Part shown: one piece after another, positions 10,500 through 20,266 of the stretch | Position numbering within the stretch: position 1 is the stretch's first letter | How the letters are laid out: each line of letters begins with the position of its first letter | Virus record (IMG/VR): IMGVR_UViG_3300010376_000071 | Location: 1 to 40,041 of that record | Source: a virus | Lineage: Duplodnaviria > Caudoviricetes | Strand: one strand, 5' to 3' | Length of the DNA stretch: 40,041 nucleotides | Translations under genes and position numbers: made by a program | The notes under the pieces: model-generated | Database searches by the model: none | Seen by the model: only the letters and a program-made list of their open reading frames with translations | What the model was told of the DNA's origin: nothing

Positions 10500-11137
10500 C
10501 AGATACTGTAGGCGTACAGCTGAGCGGTGAGCGCCAGGGCGGTGCCCGCGGGCAGCTGGGCCGACAGGTTGACGCCGAGCGCGTAGGCGACGACGCCGGT
10601 GGGCAGACCGAACTCGCCCGACTCGACGGCGGAGAACCCGGCGGCCGGGGCGGCGAGCGCGACGGCGCTGCCGGGGAACGCACCCGAGAACGTGTAGGAG
10701 ACACCGCCGCTGCCACCGCCGATCGCGGTGACCTGATAGAGGGCCGGGGTGACGGTGACGCCGGTGAGCAGCGCGGAAGCGGCGAGAGAGGCGCGAACGC
10801 GGCCGATCGCCGTCTTGTTCTGCACCTGAAAGTCGCGGGGCTGGCCGGACAGGCCGCCGTCGCCGACCCATATGAGCGCCGGGTAGTCGCAGGCGGCGCC
10901 GGACGGAATCGGGTACGGCTGAGAGGTGAAGATCAGATCGCCCGTCGGAGTCGAGCGATCGACCAGCGCGCTCGCGGTCAGGAGCAAGCGGCGGAAGGTG
11001 TTGTTTGGCGATGAAAGGTCGCTATCGGCGATGTTGCCGTTGGCCCAGACGGCGAGCTGGGTCATGTCGCCCGCGAGCTTCGGCTCCTCGGTGGCGTTCG
11101 CGAGCCCGACCTGAGGCACCTGGATGTTCAGCGGCAT
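10499..11137 (-). CDS. Tail/virion structural protein (212 aa)
   Basis: GAGGAG SD; sits between the nozzle and fibre genes; beta-rich. Confidence 0.6.
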   Translation of the reverse strand: MPLNIQVPQVGLANATEEPKLAGDMTQLAVWANGNIADSDLSSPNNTFRRLLLTASALVDRSTPTGDLIFTSQPYPIPSGAACDYPALIWVGDGGLSGQPRDFQVQNKTAIGRVRASLAASALLTGVTVTPALYQVTAIGGGSGGVSYTFSGAFPGSAVALAAPAAGFSAVESGEFGLPTGVVAYALGVNLSAQLPAGTALALTAQLYAYSI

Positions 11138-11146
11138 TCGTTCTCC

Positions 11147-12778
11147 TCAGTCCCAGCGGTCGACGCGGTCGGTCAGCGCCAGCGTGTACGACAACACTTC
11201 GTCCTGCGTGTTCGATGTCGCGGAGAACACCTGTGAGAACGCGCGCGCGACCCCGAGCGAGAACACCTCGGCCTCGCCAACCGGGGCGCCACCGCCGAAC
11301 GTACCGCCGAGCGCCCCGCTACCGCCGAACGTGCCGCCGCCGCCGAACGTCGAGGGGTTCAGGATCGTGGTGGGGAAGCAGTTCGCCCGGATCAGCGATT
11401 CGGTCGCGACGAAGTCCTTCGCGAGGTAGTAGTCGACCGTGCCGAACCCCTCAAGACGAATCTGCCGCAGGCGCTTGCGGTAATAGGTCGACGGGTAAAG
11501 GCGGCGGCGGAAGAACGACGGCGACTGCCATGGCCCCTTCCACGCCCAGGTGAACGGCACGCCGTTGTCGGTGTACACATTCGGGGCGAAGCACTGGTCG
11601 ACGATCGCCGCCGTCGACTTCGCCGAGTACAGCTGCGCGACGGTCGAGGGGTGCCAGGCGACGAGCTCGTTGGAGCCGAACGAGTGCTTCCACCACGACT
11701 GCAGGATCTCGTCGTAGTCGAGCGTCAGGTCGTTGGGGGCGGCGCCCTGCGACGCGATTGACAGGTAGTAGTGCCCGGCGAAGTAGAACCCGCAGGCGTT
11801 CGAGAGCTGCGAACCGACCGCCTGGAGGATCGGGAGGATCTTGTCCGAGATCGGGGTGAGCTTCGAGCCGTTGGTGACGTACACGCCGCGGCCTTCGGAG
11901 AGGAAGTAGGTGCCCGCCGCGCCGGTGGCGATCGACCGGTCCGCGACGCAGCCGATCGAGTCCGACAGGTTGCGGACGTTCGGCGTGTCGCCGACCCCGT
12001 TGATCACGGCAGCCGACCCGGGACTGATGATCACATAAGACTTCCGCGGCTTGCACACGAGGACATACGGGCCGACTCGCCCGATCGCGGTGATGACCTG
12101 GCCGTCGTTGGCGTCGAGGTCGAACCAGGTCGCGCCACCCGTCCTGTGCGCATTGTCCGGGACAGTGGTCGGATCCCAGGTGGTCGGGTCAGAGAGCGCC
12201 GACACGTACACCCGGTTCGGAGCGGCGGCCACCCCGGTGATGTACATCTGATTGCCGACCTGCGTCGAGTACTTACCGTTGGGGATACCGTTCTTCAGCC
12301 CCGCGGCCGGCGGGGGATCCACGTATCCCGACGTCGTGGCCTTCACCCAGTCGCCCGTGCTCGTCCCGGAGGTCGCCCCCGACCACTGCTGCGGATTGTC
12401 GACACCGTTGAGCATGTACAGCGGCCCCTGACTGCCCATGACAGGAGCGAGCAGGCCCTCCCACCGGCCATTCGACACCCCGGAAGCCTTGATGACATTC
12501 ACCGCCCCGGCGGCGTTGACCGACACCAGGCTACTCGGGGTAGCGCCGACGAGAGCGCTGACCGGCGTGCCCTCGCAGGCGATCAGCGACTGCAGCGCGG
12601 CGGCCGGGGTCGCGAACGTCGCAAGACCGGCGCGCTTGGAGATCGCGCCGGCCGTCGTGCCTTGCACATTAAAACAGTCACGGCAATTCGCATCCTCAAG
12701 CAGCCTCGGCGAATCCAGCACATTCAGGCCGAGGTGGAAATCTCTGAAGTTGGGTCAAAGAGGCGGGCCGCTAGGCAT
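11147..12778 (-). CDS. Tail nozzle / DNA-stabilisation beta-propeller protein (P22 gp10/T7 gp12-like). In-frame TGA at codon 8; open frame from GTG 12721
   Basis: DFHLGLN...NV...KRAG N-terminal pattern, NRVYVSAL.DP..W and IGCVADRSI propeller blades; position after the adaptor gene. Confidence 0.75.
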
Positions 12779-12783
12779 CGCTC

Positions 12784-13194
12784 TTACACCACCTCCTTCC
12801 AACTCTTGTAGTTACGGACCTTGTGAATGCATTCATCACTAACGCCGAACTTGATCGCCAGCGGCCTACCGGTTCCGTAGCCTCGAGGTGCAGCGCGAAT
12901 CTCACGCACCGCTTCCCACGTCAGCTTCGTGCAGTTGCCCCGATGGGCGTTTTCCTGATTCGTGACAATCTCAAGATGATCGGGATTTACGCACGGCCGA
13001 TTGCGACAGAGATGATCGAGTTGCATCCCTTCGGGGATTGACCCCCTAACCTGCTCGAAATGCCAGCGATGAGCCATGACCACAACGCTACCCGGCAGAC
13101 ACTTCTGCCCATAGCCCGACGAAGTCCTTGCCCTTTGCCAGACCCAACAACCCGTTTCCTCATCCACAACGTAATCGTTACGCTGATTCCGCAT
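12784..13194 (-). CDS. Free-standing HNH endonuclease (HNH_3 type)
   Basis: GCWVWQ...GYG...AHR...[24 protein letters not shown] plus a C-terminal KLT...IR HTH. AAAGGA SD. Confidence 0.9.
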   Translation of the reverse strand: MRNQRNDYVVDEETGCWVWQRARTSSGYGQKCLPGSVVVMAHRWHFEQVRGSIPEGMQLDHLCRNRPCVNPDHLEIVTNQENAHRGNCTKLTWEAVREIRAAPRGYGTGRPLAIKFGVSDECIHKVRNYKSWKEVV

Positions 13195-13218
13195 CGAAAT
13201 CTATCCTTTCGGTGTCGG

Positions 13219-13246
13219 GCCCCGGCCGTTCGCAGCGGCGCGGGGC
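13219..13246 (-). promoter_or_regulatory. GC-rich leader hairpin upstream of the HNH gene
   Basis: GCCCCG-C-GCCG CTGCGAA CGGC-CGGGGC on the minus strand, followed by the SD. Confidence 0.5.
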
Positions 13247-13249
13247 TAC

Positions 13250-13885
13250 TTATCGTGCGTATCTGCCATAAGCGGGGCGAGAGTTCCACATGGATGCAGC
13301 CACTGTTGGTGTATCAGTATTGAACCGGACCGAAGCATTGAAGTCAGACAGGCCCTTGGCGAAGCGCGCGTCCCACGCCCCGGCGCGCTGCACGTCATCC
13401 TCGGCCCGGAACGCCTGAGCGACGGCCCAGGACCACAGCAGCCAATGCCACATGATCGGAATGATCGGGATGTCCGTATCCGCGACGAGGGCAGCAGGGA
13501 TGCGCCAGTAGCGGCACTCGAGGTTGTAGATCCCGTCCGGGGTCGGGAACAGCTGGAAGTTCGCGCCGTTGAGCGCATATGCGGTCGGGCGGCCGGTGGC
13601 GCTCGGATTGGAGCGATCGAGCCGGCGGAGTGCGGTGGACACGAGTTCGAGGTTGCGGTCGGCGTCGCGCAGATTGCGGATGTCCGAAGCATCGGCCGGC
13701 TGCGGGTAGAGACCCTGAGAAGCGGCGGTCGGGAAGTCGAGCGTCGCCTCATCGCCGGTGTAGTTCGTCTGGGAGCAGATGTACTGGTAGCCGTCGTTGA
13801 TGAACTGGTTCATCCGCGCGGTGCCGAACAGGATCGGGTCAAAGCCGTTGCGCATCGCTTCGTTGCGGATGTCCCCGAGGTTCAC
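13250..13885 (-). CDS. Head-tail adaptor / tail tubular protein A-like (211 aa)
   Basis: MNLGDIRNE...FINDGY, G.PT.Y....FQLFPTPD...Y.L...Y, D.D.P.IP..WH.LL pattern of podoviral adaptors. Confidence 0.8.
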   Translation of the reverse strand: MNLGDIRNEAMRNGFDPILFGTARMNQFINDGYQYICSQTNYTGDEATLDFPTAASQGLYPQPADASDIRNLRDADRNLELVSTALRRLDRSNPSATGRPTAYALNGANFQLFPTPDGIYNLECRYWRIPAALVADTDIPIIPIMWHWLLWSWAVAQAFRAEDDVQRAGAWDARFAKGLSDFNASVRFNTDTPTVAASMWNSRPAYGRYAR

Positions 13886-14067
13886 AGCGCCCTCTTCATC
13901 CGCTCGCGGCGCGCGGCGCGCTCGAGCGCCTTCTCATCGGCGCGCGACGCTCGGACCGGCCGGGCGCGGGTGACCGGGACGACATGCCCGCAGCCGAGGC
14001 ACGCCATCGCCGGGACGAGCGAGCTCGTGCAGAACACCATCGCCCCGCCGCACCGGTTGCACCTCAT
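13882..14067 (-). CDS. Small Zn-ribbon protein (61 aa)
   Basis: CNRC...CLGC; coupled to both neighbours. Confidence 0.55.
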   Translation of the reverse strand: MRCNRCGGAMVFCTSSLVPAMACLGCGHVVPVTRARPVRASRADEKALERAARRERMKRAL

Positions 14068-14531
14068 CGGATGTCCCTGAGGACGAAGACCCGGCCCTGG
14101 TAGGACCCTAATCCAAGCTCCTTGCGGATGGCGTGCGCCATCCGCTCGCCGCCGTCCTCGGTGCGCTTGCGGAATCGCTCGGCCTCGCGCTTCTCGCGGT
14201 CAAGGCGCGCGCGCTCAAGCGCCTTCGTGAAGTCATAGCCGCCGCGACCGTTGCGATCGATGTACTCGAGGCGGCGCACGACGCGGTCGTCGAGCCCCTC
14301 CCAGGTCCCCGACCGGTTTCGGTGTCCGCGGCAGGTGAGCACGGGCGGGACCGGCCGGTCGCGCTCGTACACGGCGAACACGCCGGCGCGCGGCGAGAAC
14401 CGAACGCGGAGGTTCGGGTCGATCTCCTGAATCTTCTGGACGGTGCTCGACGAGTCGGCGCCGATGATGACCCAGTCATTGGTCTCGTGGGCGAGGCGAA
14501 CCTGATCGAAGTTCGCAGGCTCTACTTCCAT
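14064..14531 (-). CDS. Hypothetical protein downstream of the capsid gene (155 aa)
   Basis: AAAGGAGG SD; coupled to the next gene. Confidence 0.7.
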   Translation of the reverse strand: MEVEPANFDQVRLAHETNDWVIIGADSSSTVQKIQEIDPNLRVRFSPRAGVFAVYERDRPVPPVLTCRGHRNRSGTWEGLDDRVVRRLEYIDRNGRGGYDFTKALERARLDREKREAERFRKRTEDGGERMAHAIRKELGLGSYQGRVFVLRDIR

Positions 14532-14547
14532 GAGCCTCCTTTCGCGG

Positions 14548-14599
14548 GCGCAGAGCCCGGTGCTGTGGCCGGTCCCGCGTGTCGTGCCGGGCTCTGCGC
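14548..14599. terminator. Long stem-loop after the major capsid gene (attenuator or mRNA stabiliser)
   Basis: 13-bp perfect inverted repeat GCGCAGAGCCCGG (14548-14560) / CCGGGCTCTGCGC (14587-14599); no U-tract. Confidence 0.5.
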
Positions 14600-14613
14600 G
14601 TCCGGTCCGGCGC

Positions 14614-15900
14614 CTAGATACGGGTCACCGGAACGTCGTCGTAGATGTTGATCATCTTCGCCTGGCGGGCCGGGGCGATCGACACGAGGCAGCAGTCCCA
14701 GATCAGCCACGCCTGCCAGATGCGCGCCCACACACCGGTGCCCGCCGACTTCAGCTGGAACACCGAGCCCTTGTCATCGGGCGGCTGCAGCCAGTCCGGC
14801 GGCCCGATCTGCGACCAGCACAAGCCGCCGTTGTTGATCAGGAACAGGCAGCCGTTGGGGGCGTCGGGGTCGCCTCGCATCGGTATCGGCTGACCGCCGG
14901 CGGACACGAAGATCGTGTCGAACCCGCCCTTGTAGTCGGTCGCGTTGTTGTCGTTCCACCGCTTGCCCGAGCTGTAGGTGTTCGACAGGCGGCGAAGCAC
15001 GCCGAGGGTCATCACCCCGAGATCGGGGGTGAACCCGGACCGCTGGCGGACCTGTTGGGCGAGCTGCATGATCCCGTCCTCGGAGGGCCCGGCGGCGTTC
15101 GCGAGATCCTTGACGTTCGAGTCCCAGAACCCGTTGGCCGCAGACGCGCTGTTGATCTGGTGAAGCGTCCGCGAGGTCGAGCAGATGTTTCTGAGGCCGT
15201 CCGACTCGAGCGACCGGTCGCCCGACAGGTACACGCCGTAGGTGTTGGCGGTCGCGCCGGCGGTCGCGGCCGAGATGGTGATGGTGGCGTTCGCCTGGGT
15301 GGCGCCGTTCGGGGTGCCGGTCCAGGTGACGTTCTGAACAACGGTGCCGATGACACCGTTGGTGACAACACCGGTGGCCTTCAGGACGATGTCGACGGTG
15401 TCGCCGATCGCGATGTACTGACCGGAGTCGACAGTGATCGACGTGCCCGCGCCCGGGGTGCCGGTGACGGTGGCCAGCAGACCGTCGCCGGTGCCGTAGG
15501 CGATCCGGGTCATGTCCTTGCGCATGTCCTTCTGCGCCATGTTCATCTCGAAGTCGAGCTCGCGGACGAACGCGACCTGGTTGTTCTTCGTCTGGCGGAC
15601 GACCTGGTCGGACAGCTCGATGCCGACCTGGAAGTACTTGATGTTGACGATGCCGTCGACGCCGCCCTGCGTCCCGGCGGCTGGCAGGTTGCCGCCGTCG
15701 GTGGTCGCCCCGCGGCCGCGGTTGCGGTTCGAGTGCGCGGCGAAGATCAGCTGGCGACCGCCGAACGTGCCCATGTCGTTCGCGTTCGTCTTCTCGAGGA
15801 TGTCGAGAATGACGGTCTCCTGGTTGAGCTGCTCGACCCACGGGTCGAAGTAGACGTTCTTCAAGTACGCGTCGGCACTTGTCAGGTTGGTGGTCGCCAA
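14614..15900 (-). CDS. Major capsid protein (428 aa)
   Basis: AAAGGAGG SD, strongly biased codons, follows the scaffold. Y...WVEQLN, MRKDMTRIAYGTGDG and D.D.P.G.LF.IN patterns typical of HK97-fold capsids. Confidence 0.88.
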   Translation of the reverse strand: MATTNLTSADAYLKNVYFDPWVEQLNQETVILDILEKTNANDMGTFGGRQLIFAAHSNRNRGRGATTDGGNLPAAGTQGGVDGIVNIKYFQVGIELSDQVVRQTKNNQVAFVRELDFEMNMAQKDMRKDMTRIAYGTGDGLLATVTGTPGAGTSITVDSGQYIAIGDTVDIVLKATGVVTNGVIGTVVQNVTWTGTPNGATQANATITISAATAGATANTYGVYLSGDRSLESDGLRNICSTSRTLHQINSASAANGFWDSNVKDLANAAGPSEDGIMQLAQQVRQRSGFTPDLGVMTLGVLRRLSNTYSSGKRWNDNNATDYKGGFDTIFVSAGGQPIPMRGDPDAPNGCLFLINNGGLCWSQIGPPDWLQPPDDKGSVFQLKSAGTGVWARIWQAWLIWDCCLVSIAPARQAKMINIYDDVPVTRI

Positions 15901-16023
15901 GACGACCTCCTTTCAGCGTTAGGGATTCACTTGTGTTCCGGGCCGCCCTAACGCTGTGCTCGCCTCCTGGTCCCCGAGGGGGACTGTGGGCTCGTCCTGG
16001 CGTGTCGGCCTTGCGGCGAAGTG

Positions 16024-16833
16024 TTACATGCCGCCGCGGCGGGCGATCTCCATCGCCATCGCCTTCGCCTCGGCGAGGGTGTGCGCCTTGTTCGGCGTCA
16101 CGTCTGGCATCCCGGATCCTTCCGGCCGGGGTATTCCGAGCTTGCCCTGGAAGGTCCGCTGCTCGGTCTTGTTGAGCAGTCCCTGCAGCGCCTCCCAGGC
16201 GCGGGGGACGGCCGACTCGAGCTCCTCGAGCGAGGAGGCGGTCTCGGTGAAGTGCGGCAGCACCATCTCGAGCGCCTCGCGGTCGAACGCGTCCGGGTTC
16301 TCCTTCTCGAGCTTCGCGATCTGCGCCTCCACGCCCCGCAGCGCCTCCTGCTGCGCGGCCTGCATCTCCTGCTGCTGGAAGCGCCCGTCGACTCCCTGCA
16401 GCATCCCCTCGATCGCCTCCATGCGCTGGAGCAGCTGCTGGTTGGGGTCCTCGTAACCGTACTCGTCCGGCTGCTGCTGGGAGAGGCCGTACTGGTTGGC
16501 GTAATCGCCGTTGACCCACTCGTAGAACTGCTGCGGGTCAGACTGCGCCGCCTGCGCGAGCTGCATCGCCCAGGCGACGACCTGCGGATCCTGACCACGC
16601 AGGCCCATCTGCTCGAAGGGCTCCCAGCCCTTGCGGTAGGCGGCGGCCTCGTTGAACTTGCGGGTGACGTTCGCATCGAACGCCTTGAAGCCCTCCTCGG
16701 CGATGCCGCGCGCGCCCTCGTCCTGAATGCGGTCGAGGTACTCCTGATACGGCGCCCCACCGCCGCTGCCGCCGTCGCCCTGGCCCCCGTCGGGGGGCTG
16801 TGCGCCGCCGGCGTTCTGATCAGCGAATGACAC
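16024..16833 (-). CDS. Capsid scaffolding protein (269 aa)
   Basis: Acidic Gln-rich coiled coil with DANVTRKF; directly upstream of the capsid gene. Confidence 0.75.
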   Translation of the reverse strand: MSFADQNAGGAQPPDGGQGDGGSGGGAPYQEYLDRIQDEGARGIAEEGFKAFDANVTRKFNEAAAYRKGWEPFEQMGLRGQDPQVVAWAMQLAQAAQSDPQQFYEWVNGDYANQYGLSQQQPDEYGYEDPNQQLLQRMEAIEGMLQGVDGRFQQQEMQAAQQEALRGVEAQIAKLEKENPDAFDREALEMVLPHFTETASSLEELESAVPRAWEALQGLLNKTEQRTFQGKLGIPRPEGSGMPDVTPNKAHTLAEAKAMAMEIARRGGM

Positions 16834-16887
16834 CGATCGCTCCTTCGTTCATGGCGCCGTACCCCAGGGGGGCCCTCGCGCCGTTCG

Positions 16888-17144
16888 TCAGGTCTTGTTG
16901 TACTCCCGGAGCGCGGCGAGCGCCTGCCGGGTCGCCGTGCGGATCGGCGTGGTCGGCGGCTGGCGCAGCGGCCGCTCACCGGCCTTGCTCGAGGCTTTCC
17001 AGGCGTCGCAGGTCCATTCGCCGTCGACGACCAGCGGCGGGTACTTGGTGCAGTGGCCGTGGTCGAAATGTCGCACTCGCGCTGCTCGTCATCGGCGGCG
17101 CGCAGGTTCGGCGGCGCGGCCGGGCCGGCTTCAGAGTCCGCCAT
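16888..17144 (-). pseudogene. Small Cys-containing (HiPIP-like) protein split by a frameshift near 17070
   Basis: Frame 1: MADSEAGPAAPPNLRAADDEQRECD (GGAG SD). It continues in the -1 frame as RHFDHGHCTKYPPLVVDGEWTCDAWK... Confidence 0.5.
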
Positions 17145-17334
17145 GCAGGTCTCCGTTCATCGAGGCGATCATGTCGAACCGGATGCGGTCAACCCAGTCC
17201 GGAGGGATCACGATATGGATCGACACGCCGTGCCCGGCCGGGATGTCACCGTCGCGGATCCGCTCGGACAGCACGTCGTACTCATGCTGCGCCGAGAGGA
17301 TGAACCTCGCAAACGTCTCCGAGTGCTCGGTCAC
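17131..17334 (-). CDS. Hypothetical protein (67 aa)
   Basis: GTGA-coupled start at 17334. Confidence 0.5.
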   Translation of the reverse strand: MTEHSETFARFILSAQHEYDVLSERIRDGDIPAGHGVSIHIVIPPDWVDRIRFDMIASMNGDLHGGL

Positions 17335-17594
17335 ACTTTGCCGTGTTTCCCGCCCGTGACCTGCACGGTCGTCCGCCCGGGAGCCTGCGGCTGGATCCAC
17401 ACCGGTTGATTGAACGCCTGCGACGCCGCGGCGGCGATCGTCCCGACCGGCGGCGACGCCGTGTCCTTGTAATAGTTGAGCGTCGTCCCGGCGACGTTCA
17501 GGACGGTCACGGTCTCGCCCGCCTTCGGCTCGACGGCGACATGGAACATCGAGCCGTAGGAGATGACGTTCTCGCCGAGAGTGACCGTGGACAT
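17331..17594 (-). CDS. Small beta-rich virion-region protein (87 aa)
   Basis: GC3-biased ORF abutting the upstream stop. Confidence 0.6.
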   Translation of the reverse strand: MSTVTLGENVISYGSMFHVAVEPKAGETVTVLNVAGTTLNYYKDTASPPVGTIAAAASQAFNQPVWIQPQAPGRTTVQVTGGKHGKV

Positions 17595-17978
17595 CTACCG
17601 GCCGCCGGAATAGGTCGTCGAGGTCACGTCCGTGTAGGGGATGTCGAAGGTGGCGTTGTCGGCGTCGCGGGTGCGGACCTGGATCAGCGTCGGGTTGCCG
17701 TCGTCGTCGACCTCGACGTTCGCGAGGTAGGCGGCGAAGTGGTTGGCGTAGTCGCCCGAGAGCAGCTGTACCCAGCCGCCGAGCACGGCCGGGCCGAGCT
17801 CCGGATCCTCGACGCCGTCGTCGACGTTGTGCGGGCTGAGCGCCGGCGGCTCGGGCACGTCGGCCTCCGGGTCGTGCACGGGGGTCGCGACTGGCCCGGA
17901 CACGTTCTGCTCGCTCGTCTCTTCTTCGGGCTCGGCCTCTGCCTTCGCGGCCTTTTCCTTCTCCGCCTTGGTGGTCAT
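17595..17978 (-). CDS. Acidic hypothetical protein (127 aa)
   Basis: GGAGG SD; overlaps the portal stop. Confidence 0.65.
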   Translation of the reverse strand: MTTKAEKEKAAKAEAEPEEETSEQNVSGPVATPVHDPEADVPEPPALSPHNVDDGVEDPELGPAVLGGWVQLLSGDYANHFAAYLANVEVDDDGNPTLIQVRTRDADNATFDIPYTDVTSTTYSGGR

Positions 17979-20266
17979 CTACCGCCTCCGTTTCGCTGGT
18001 TCGTGCTGCGCATCCGCTGCTGGTGCGCCTCTTCGGCGCGGCGCTCGGTCTGCGCCAGGCCGTGCATCTTCATGGCGTGCTCCTCGGCCGCGTGCTGGCG
18101 GGCCTGCTCGGCCTGCGCGCCGCCCTGCTGCGCCTGCGCCGCCTGGATCAGCTGCTGCAGCTGCTGACCCTGGAGGCCCTGCTGGTGGTCGGCGAGGGCC
18201 ATCTGCATCTGTTGCTGCTGACCCTGCGCCTGCCCCTGGGCCTGCTGCAGGTTCGACAGATCCTTGGCGTCCTGGTAGGCGGCCTGGCTGAGGGTCGGCG
18301 GGATCTGCCCGGTCATCTGCAGCTGCATCTGGAGCTGCTCCTGCTGCTCCTGCTGCTGCTGTTGGCGATGGAGCTGGACGTGCGCCTCGAAGGTCTGTTT
18401 GATCTGCGCCGGCGCCTTGGCGTAGCTCGCGGACTTCTGCTGGTCGGTGTGCCCGTCGATGTGCGCCTGGGTGTCGTCGTAGTCGTTGATCTCGAGGCGC
18501 ACGCCGCGCATCAGCAGCACGTTCTCCCGGTTGACCTGCGTCTCATTCACCGTGTACTCCTGAATGAGATGGTCGGTCGCGCCGAGCCCGAGGTCACGGA
18601 AGAACTGCGAGAGCTGCCGGCCGTGCAGGCCGTTCCCGGTCTGGGTCATCATCGTGATGATGTCCTTCATCATCGCCTGCTTGGCCGCCTGGGACTGCGG
18701 GAAGCTCGACCCCGCCTGCACCTCGATGTGAGTGTTGCCGCGCAGGTCGGTGTTGCGGAAGTCGAAGATCTGCCAGGCGCCGTCGTCGCCGGCGATCTTG
18801 ATCACCCGCGAGTCGGTGTAGTAGCGCTGGACGTGCTCGAGGATCTTCGTGCCCATGATCCCGAGCCCCTCCTCGTGATCGGCGACGGCCAGGGCCAGGC
18901 GGGTGTCGTCCTGATCCAACAGGAGGGTAATGGCAGCAGCTGCCGTTACTCCTGGTGGCACCTGGGCGTTGGTGACCTCGTGCTGGCCGGAGATGTCCTC
19001 CATCGACCGGCGGATCTGATCGGGCAGCTCCTTGACGTAGTCCGGCAGCGTCGGCGGCTCGAGGTAGGACGGGATCGGGTGCTGCGACCCGGACTCGTCG
19101 AAGAAGTGCCAGCCGCCGGCCTGGGAGATGTTCTCGAGGAACTTCTCGGTGTCGCCGACCGCCTGCTTAGCCGCGATCCCTGTGGGATTCCCGATGCGGT
19201 TGCGGTTCTCCGCCATCTGCGACAGCGTCTTGTTGAGCTCGGTCTGCGACCCCTGCAGAAGCTCGACGATCCCCATGCCCCACAGCCGGCCGGGGACGGG
19301 GATGCCGGTGTACATGATCCACGGCATCGGGTCGAACGGCTTCTCGTCGGAGTCGAGCACCTTGCCCTGCGCCCACACGATCCGCGCCCCGCCGGGATAC
19401 TCGTCGCAGGGCTTGCACCAGTACTGCCGGATGCGGACGCCCTTGTAGGTGCTCGAGCCCGACGACAGGCCGCCCATCAGCTGCATCTCGACGAGGCCGG
19501 GGGAGGCGATCGTGTCCGGCATCAGCTCGACGTCCCAGTGGCGCTTGCAGTAGTCCTGGGAGCGGACGGTCTCCTCGATCAGCCATTCGGCGTCCTCGAA
19601 CACGTCGGCGAGCGGGTCGACGAGCGTCCCGAACGGCGACGGCGCCTCGACCCTCAGATCGCCCGGGGCGATCCGCTTGGACTTCACCTCGGCGCCGGTC
19701 GCCGACGCGAACGCCTGCGCCATATCCTGGTTGCCGCGCATCGTCTTGCCGGTCTCGTCGGTCATCAGCGACCCGTCGGGCCTGACGAGCACGTCGACGG
19801 GGTCGCCGATCGTCGGATCCCACGTCACCTTGAGGAACCCCGCGCCGGTGATCCGCGCCCACTCGAGCGCTTTCAGGTCGTGCTTGCGCATGTTCAGGTG
19901 CGACCACTGGTAGCGCATGATCTGCTCGGACAGGGAGGCGGCGTTGGTGTCCTCCTCGTCCCCGGACTGCGGGGTGGCGATCCACACCGGCCGCGTCTTC
20001 GTGAGCTTCGCGAGCTCGGTGCGGACGATGCCGGTGATCCGGTTCTCGGTCTCGGTGATCCGCCCCGGATCGTCGAGGCCGGCGGGCTCGACGAGACGAT
20101 TGCCCATGTAGGCCAGCCACTGGCGGTTCTGGAAGAACGCCAGGCTCATGAACCATTGCGGCTCGAGCAGCCGCCGCGCCGACTTCGCCTGGCGGTACTT
20201 CTCGTCGAGCTTGCCGGTGAGCGTGTTCGGCCGGCCCTGGCCGGTGCCGGTCGGGGGATCAGCCAT
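17975..20266 (-). CDS. Portal protein (763 aa, P22/podoviral type, Gln-rich C-terminus)
   Basis: TENRI...L....P, G.G.LKV.WD, GRLWGMGIVE.L...Q.ELN, ISGQHEV....VPPGVTAAAAI.LL motifs; position after TerL. Confidence 0.9.
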   Translation of the reverse strand: MADPPTGTGQGRPNTLTGKLDEKYRQAKSARRLLEPQWFMSLAFFQNRQWLAYMGNRLVEPAGLDDPGRITETENRITGIVRTELAKLTKTRPVWIATPQSGDEEDTNAASLSEQIMRYQWSHLNMRKHDLKALEWARITGAGFLKVTWDPTIGDPVDVLVRPDGSLMTDETGKTMRGNQDMAQAFASATGAEVKSKRIAPGDLRVEAPSPFGTLVDPLADVFEDAEWLIEETVRSQDYCKRHWDVELMPDTIASPGLVEMQLMGGLSSGSSTYKGVRIRQYWCKPCDEYPGGARIVWAQGKVLDSDEKPFDPMPWIMYTGIPVPGRLWGMGIVELLQGSQTELNKTLSQMAENRNRIGNPTGIAAKQAVGDTEKFLENISQAGGWHFFDESGSQHPIPSYLEPPTLPDYVKELPDQIRRSMEDISGQHEVTNAQVPPGVTAAAAITLLLDQDDTRLALAVADHEEGLGIMGTKILEHVQRYYTDSRVIKIAGDDGAWQIFDFRNTDLRGNTHIEVQAGSSFPQSQAAKQAMMKDIITMMTQTGNGLHGRQLSQFFRDLGLGATDHLIQEYTVNETQVNRENVLLMRGVRLEINDYDDTQAHIDGHTDQQKSASYAKAPAQIKQTFEAHVQLHRQQQQQEQQEQLQMQLQMTGQIPPTLSQAAYQDAKDLSNLQQAQGQAQGQQQQMQMALADHQQGLQGQQLQQLIQAAQAQQGGAQAEQARQHAAEEHAMKMHGLAQTERRAEEAHQQRMRSTNQRNGGGR

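Noticed and set aside
12784-13250. Group I intron carrying the HNH
   Set aside because: The upstream gene has its own stop and the downstream gene its own start; no intron core elements were recognised.
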